Origin: Grus americana
Taxonomy: Eukaryota
Length of the DNA stretch: 64,000 bases
Direction: 5' to 3'
NCBI RefSeq assembly: GCF_028858705.1
Contig: NC_072878.1
Coordinates: 4,115,923 to 4,179,922 of the forward strand
Shown: positions 58,587 through 64,000 of the stretch, in pieces
How the letters are laid out: the number at the start of each line of letters is the position of its first letter
Position numbering within the stretch: the first letter of the stretch is position 1
Translations under genes and position numbers: made by a program
The notes under the pieces: model-generated
The model's database searches: none
The model's input: the letters and a program-made list of their open reading frames with translations, nothing else
Told to the model about the DNA's origin: nothing

Positions 58587-61153
58587 GAGATACACAACAA
58601 AACACATATGTAGGTCTAATGCATAAAGAAGGCCACATGGGTACAGTGCAACGTCACTTGAGGGCAGCCTAGCTTAGGGGTTGAAGTGTTTCAGCTCCCA
58701 GTTCTGTCAAAACTTACTTTGGCAAATTGCTCAAAGGCATGAAAATTCACTTCTCTGTAGTCATAAAATAGGGATAATCTTCCCAAGAACCTTACAAAGC
58801 TTTACAAAAATAAAGATGGTATAACCTGTGGTCACATTCAGTTTTTGGTTCAGAGGAAATGGTTCATCCTCAAAGTGAACTCTCTGACTGATGCTGCTTG
58901 CCCCATCTGGATCCAGATCATCAAGCAGATTTTGCTTTGTCAATACTAGGTGCCCTCTGGAGTAAACTGAACTGGAAGCTCTCCCCTCTGCATACACCCA
59001 GTACCCTCCAAACCCTAACGAAGACATAATGGTCCAAGCCCACAGCTGGACGTGCAGTGGGGATGTTCAGTCCAGACAGGCCTGCTGTGAACCTAGCCCA
59101 CCCAAACTGCGTACAGTAGATGCAGGGGCCTCCGCAGCCCCTCCTCCCATCTGCTGCACTGAATTACTTGCTGATGAAGACAGAAACGAAACTCAAGTGT
59201 AAAGACATCAAAACCCACAATCTTCTTAAGTAAGCACGAGAATGGTTTTGGTTTCTAAGCCAATGGGGTGGTTTCAAGAATCATTGACAATTGAAGAAAA
59301 GAAGTTTTCTGAATTTGAGAAACTAAGCTAGAATTTCTATCCTATTAGCCTAGATTTGTAGCCAGACACAAACCCAGAGCAAAGCATGGACATGTAAGAA
59401 TGTTACCAGTAAACCCAGTAGCAGAATTGTGTCATAATGAGAAGTATCAAATATGTGGAAGAAAAGAACAGGTGGAAAACAAAGTTTCTGTGCATGAAAG
59501 GCGGCCAAAAACATATACCATCTGGAATTGGGCAGTAATATAGTGAAGTATAATCAAGAGACATGGATAAAATAATTGTAAAGAGAAAGGCCTTTCCTGT
59601 ATTCTTTTGGATATGAAGGGGAGCAGAAAAACACCAAAAGTGTATTACTAAATCTGATTAATTTGAACAATAAAGAAAAAAAAAGTCTACCTAGGCATTC
59701 ATTCGTGATAGATCAGTGTAATGGAAAATCTAAATAACTGGGATCCTGTAAAATCAGTCTCAACTTTCAAATAAACTTCTAACCCTCCCACCCTTCTTCT
59801 CTAGAAACATATGGAACCTGACAGGAAAAAAGCCCAATCATAAGAAAGTTCAATTACTCATTTGTTTCCTCACTTGCAGGAGTGCAATTAGTACTAAGAA
59901 CCTTTAGATTCCAAAACCACAGTTTTCTATCCTTAAGAAAAAAATTCTTGGCTAGTGAGAATACACCTGACTTTAAAATTAAAGGTAAGAGAAATTTCAA
60001 CTATCTAGAATCTTAAGAATGGTATCTGTTAGTATAACTAACATTACAGATCATTGTCCACATGCACTTCTTGATATCATTGATTTTGATGTGTTTTGTC
60101 TAGTCATTATTAATGTCAGAAAGAGGTGAAAAGATAAAAAATTACTGGTTTTCCTGAATGTAATGAAATCATTCTTACTGAAGAAAGAACTAGCATAGTA
60201 TAGCTAAGAGAAGAGTTATGACATGGAATAATTTCTTGGTAATAATAATACTGCAGAAAAAGATCTGGGGATTATGGGTGACTATGGGCTAAACATGAGT
60301 AAATATGAGCATGTTTTGTTGTGGTGGGGTTTTTTTAAAGGCTAATCATTTCAGGCTGTGCCATGCTTCTGTTAATGCAACATATGCAAGATAACTAATC
60401 CATAATACTCAGTGGTGGTGACCTCAACTGAAGTAATCTGCCGAGCTTATGATACCAAAGTTTCAAACAGAAGGTTTAGAGCACAGCGAGAAGTGATGAA
60501 GAGACTGGAAAACAAAAAGGAAAACCAACCTAAAAAAACTGCCACCATGGCTTATGAGGAGAGAGGAAGCAGCTGCTTTAGTGTTCTCTTCTAGACTAAA
60601 CTAAGAGGAAGGTGGGAAGCACATAAAATGTAGTCATTACCAATTGTTTGTTCTGTATACCCACTTTGGATATGACAAGTAAAAGGATGTAATTAGCAAC
60701 AACTGTTCTTTACACTGCATACCAGGCTGAGGGGAACATGAAGATGGAGGCAGGCACCAGTCCAGGGTACAAACAGAGGGTCAGAGGATTTCCATCACCA
60801 AAGCAAGCATTAGTATTTTGATCAGTGTTTTCTACAGTGGGTTTTTCTGAGTTCAAAAGCTTCAAAATGAAGGGTCCAAGAATTCAAAGAGTTACCACTT
60901 CAGAAAAACAAAATCACACCACTAAATTTATTTCTCTTGTGTAGGTTAAGTTGTTGATTTAATACAAAGAAAGAGTTTTGTATGCAAGAATTTGCCTGAT
61001 TTGAATGCCCTTTCTTTAAATAGAAGAAATACTGCTCTCATCCTCAAAACTTTTTTTATGTGCGTATATCATGATTTCAAATAAGTAGCCATTAGGTTCT
61101 TTTATATAAAAGGTATGCATTAATATAAAGATCACATTCTCTCTTTTACTTAC

Positions 61154-61402
61154 CTGGTAGATTTTAGCATCTCTCATTAATTTTTCTACAGGATATTCAG
61201 TATTAAATCCATTTCCACCAAAAATCTGCACTGCATCCGTAGCTACTTGGTTTGCAACATCACCAGCGAATGCCTTCGCAATGGAAGCATAGTAGGTATT
61301 CCTGCGACCAGCATCGACTTCCCACGCAGCTCTCTGGTAAGCCATCCTAGCAAGTTCCACTTTCATTGCCATTTCAGCAAGCATGAAAGACACCGCTTGG
61401 TG
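61154..61402 (-). CDS. ACADM: ACADM penultimate coding exon ([83 protein letters not shown])
   Basis: About 93% identical to the human medium-chain acyl-CoA dehydrogenase C-terminal region. Acceptor cacttacag|CAC and donor CAG|gtaagt on the minus strand. Confidence 0.9.
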
Positions 61403-62090
61403 CTGTAAGTGATGAAATAAACTAGGTTAACACTGCCTGCTTAAAATTCTGTAACATCCAAGAAGAGTGTAGTTGCCTTAATTTCTTAATTTCTGAATTC
61501 AACACACTCAGGAAATTGTACTTTAGGCGTTCTACAGAATTTGAATCAGGCTTTCATAACTGTATGTTGAATTAGACTTTTGAGTTTTTAATTCTAAAAT
61601 CCACTTAGTCACAGGGATTAAGTATTGAATTATGAAGTTTTGCTTTACTTTTTATGAGATCTGTATTTAGTGTGATGTTTATTGATATTTCTTTAAGCAC
61701 GGTAACCAGTGTGATTGGCAGCGTATTCTACTAGTATTAATACCGTGAGTCTTGTTTCACGTACCTCAGGGAGATTTTTTCCTTCCCTGAAAATCCCTGT
61801 TTATTGGAATTGAAGAACTTAAGTATGTCCTGGCAGTACATGAGTTTCAGGGCTTTGGGCGGAGTTTTCTTTGTGATTTTACCGTTTTCATCAATAAGTT
61901 ATTGAAGAATCCAGGAGTTACTGCATAGCTAGATTTACTTAGTACTGACCTATATACTTGAAAACCCAGGCAGTGGCAGAGATATAATAAAACACACATC
62001 CTAAATATCAAGGAACAACCTTGAAAATTCACTAGTAGTGCATCTGGTATGAAAACATAGCTTTTTGATACGTTTATTTTTATATATTTA

Positions 62091-62243
<153 letters not shown>

Positions 62244-62268
62244 TTAAGTAACTTATTTCTGATACTTA

Positions 62269-62410
62269 CAGGTGGTCTGGTCTTATCAAAAGCTCCCATT
62301 GCTATTTTAAAGCCAGCTCCCTCAGCTATTAGTACATTTTCTTTTGGAACTCTCACATCTTCAAAGACAATACCTCTTGTATCAGAGCAGCGCTGACCCA
62401 TATTCATTTC
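62269..62410 (-). CDS. ACADM: ACADM exon ([47 protein letters not shown])
   Basis: Acceptor cccttttcag|GAA. Donor CCT|gtaagt. Human [47 protein letters not shown]. Confidence 0.9.
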
Positions 62411-63266
62411 CTGAAAAGGGAAGTTTACAGAGGTGCAACTAAATTGGATTCTTCCAAGGTACAACACATTTTCATTCTTTACTCCAAGCATCAAAGCATA
62501 AAGAAAGCCCCCCCGGCTCAAACACTTCAGTTTTATCTAAAAATCACCATATACGCAACAAATACTAGTTTTGCATTTACAGACTAGCACGCCCTTAATT
62601 TGTCAAAGCTGGGCAGTTTACTTTCTCCATATGTGGAATTAATTCTGTAGCTGTAATCACTCATTTGTCTTTGAGATGGTAGAGGAAAAAGTAAAGAACC
62701 TAAAATGCAGGCAGAAGTACAGCTGTACTACAAACAAACAAAAAAATAAATGAGATTTTCAAGTTTTCCGATTCCTTTCCTAATGTTCAATGTCCAATTT
62801 CGCCTGCTACTAAAAATAGTACTTTGTTTTGTTTTCTTTCTTTCAATTTTTTTTTACCCCAAAAGAGAACTAGCACCAGTGTCTCCAAGGCCTATTCCCT
62901 GAGCAGGGGTAGCTAAAATTAATGCATGCTGTGTGTTTATGGTTAAAGTTGTCCACCTTGCTTCTTACACTTGCAAGGCATGCTACTTCACATTAATTGG
63001 CACTTCTCAAAGATTCTTTTGCAGCTGTACAACGTGATATTAATTTATACCATTCTGAATAATTCCTGATCTGAATTACTAAAATTATTAAGTACATGTC
63101 ATTAATAGTTTCTGTATGCTGTGAAAATTAAAAGATCATTGTACACGAGGCCATGAAAACGTTCTGTTGCTGAACAGTCTTTTTTCTTTAATGGCAATTT
63201 GTTGCATTATTGGTTTGGAAGCGAATAATAATTCCTGGCTTGTCAGATGAGGGATACACTGTTCAC

Positions 63267-63375
63267 CTTTCTTCCAATTTGGATTCCAGGGCTATTTGCT
63301 TCCACAATGAATCCAGTAAAGGCTTTGCTTGCAGGAGCTTTTGGATCTGGATCGGTACGAGCTAGCAAAAAATAC
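63267..63375 (-). CDS. ACADM: ACADM exon ((W)[36 protein letters not shown])
   Basis: Acceptor ttttacactag|G (completing Trp). Donor AAG|gtgaac. Human [37 protein letters not shown]. More 5' exons lie beyond 64000. Confidence 0.85.
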
Positions 63376-64000
63376 CTAGTGTAAAACAAAGAGGGGAGTC
63401 CGTTTATCCTCACAATTAACAATCACATGCTTTTCTAGCTAAAGTGTTAAATATTTGTGTGTTTGTACCATATAATAAAACTATCAATAAGTTAACAATC
63501 CTTTTTTCTTGGGCCTTCCAAAAATACACTGAGAGGGAGTGAGGGAGAGGAAGTGTCAGTGCAGTCAAGACTTAATAAAATTACTTCAGATCAACATGCA
63601 AAGGTTCTCCACCTTTTCCATGTATTATGGGTCTTAATATTACAATCAGCTTCACGAATGGGACAAAAGAAACGTGTTCCCAGCACACACATAAAAATGA
63701 TTGCTTAGGAAATACAGTATTGCATGCAAAATGTTATGTTACCCTCTTGATATCAGATATCTTAATTTTATTCTTCTAAATATAAGCTGTAAACAAGTTT
63801 TTTCTGTTAGAAAATAAACAATTGTAAATCACATTTATGGTGTTCAGTAACATCAAAAGGTAGCTGGCGGATTATATTTGATGGTTCTGCCTTGAACAAG
63901 GAAATAAATAATGAGAAAATTCAACTTTATACATAAATGTATAAAGTTTTTCCTTTGAATTAAAAAGAATTTATGTGTTGGGGATGAGCATGATATGTGA

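Noticed and set aside
60964-61010. Candidate ACADM last exon reading GIQIRQILAYKTLSLY*
   Set aside because: Only vague resemblance to [17 protein letters not shown], no IYEGT start, and doubtful acceptor. Left as unresolved rather than annotated.

Overview
This window is vertebrate (avian-type) nuclear DNA, not a prokaryotic locus. The evidence is CR1 LINEs with the typical 3' end (ATTCTRTG)n, an avian ERV LTR family, spliced genes with GT-AG introns, and CpG islands. Contents, left to right:

- A degraded class-I ERV (RNase H and integrase ORFs, minus strand) with an adjoining truncated LTR.
- Two solo LTRs of the same family in opposite orientation (about 8.4-9.4 kb and 20.2-21.4 kb).
- Three about 99%-identical CR1 copies: 7388-7725 (minus), a near full-length 4.3 kb element at 10150-14455 (plus), and a 5'-truncated copy at 21405-23560 (minus). 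Older CR1 fragments are scattered elsewhere.
- A complete major vault protein gene (MVP) on the plus strand: 16 coding exons, CDS 25319-36473, 854 aa, all splice phases consistent. Its introns are packed with GC-rich minisatellites and exon-derived pseudo-exon duplicates.
- The most unusual region, 39.7-54.0 kb on the minus strand. It holds RABGGTB-derived exon-like sequence in the syntenic position downstream of ACADM. The segment exon2-like / intron / exon3-like / intron has been tandemly amplified into a 2.9 kb x about 4.4-copy array (40930-53720). Each array intron carries a canonical SNORD45-like C/D box snoRNA, nine copies in two variants, with dual antisense guides to 18S rRNA.
- A bidirectional-looking CpG island at 54.0-54.85 kb.
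- Four 3' coding exons of ACADM on the minus strand (61154-63375).

Coordinates are from manual reading and may be off by 1-2 nt in places.
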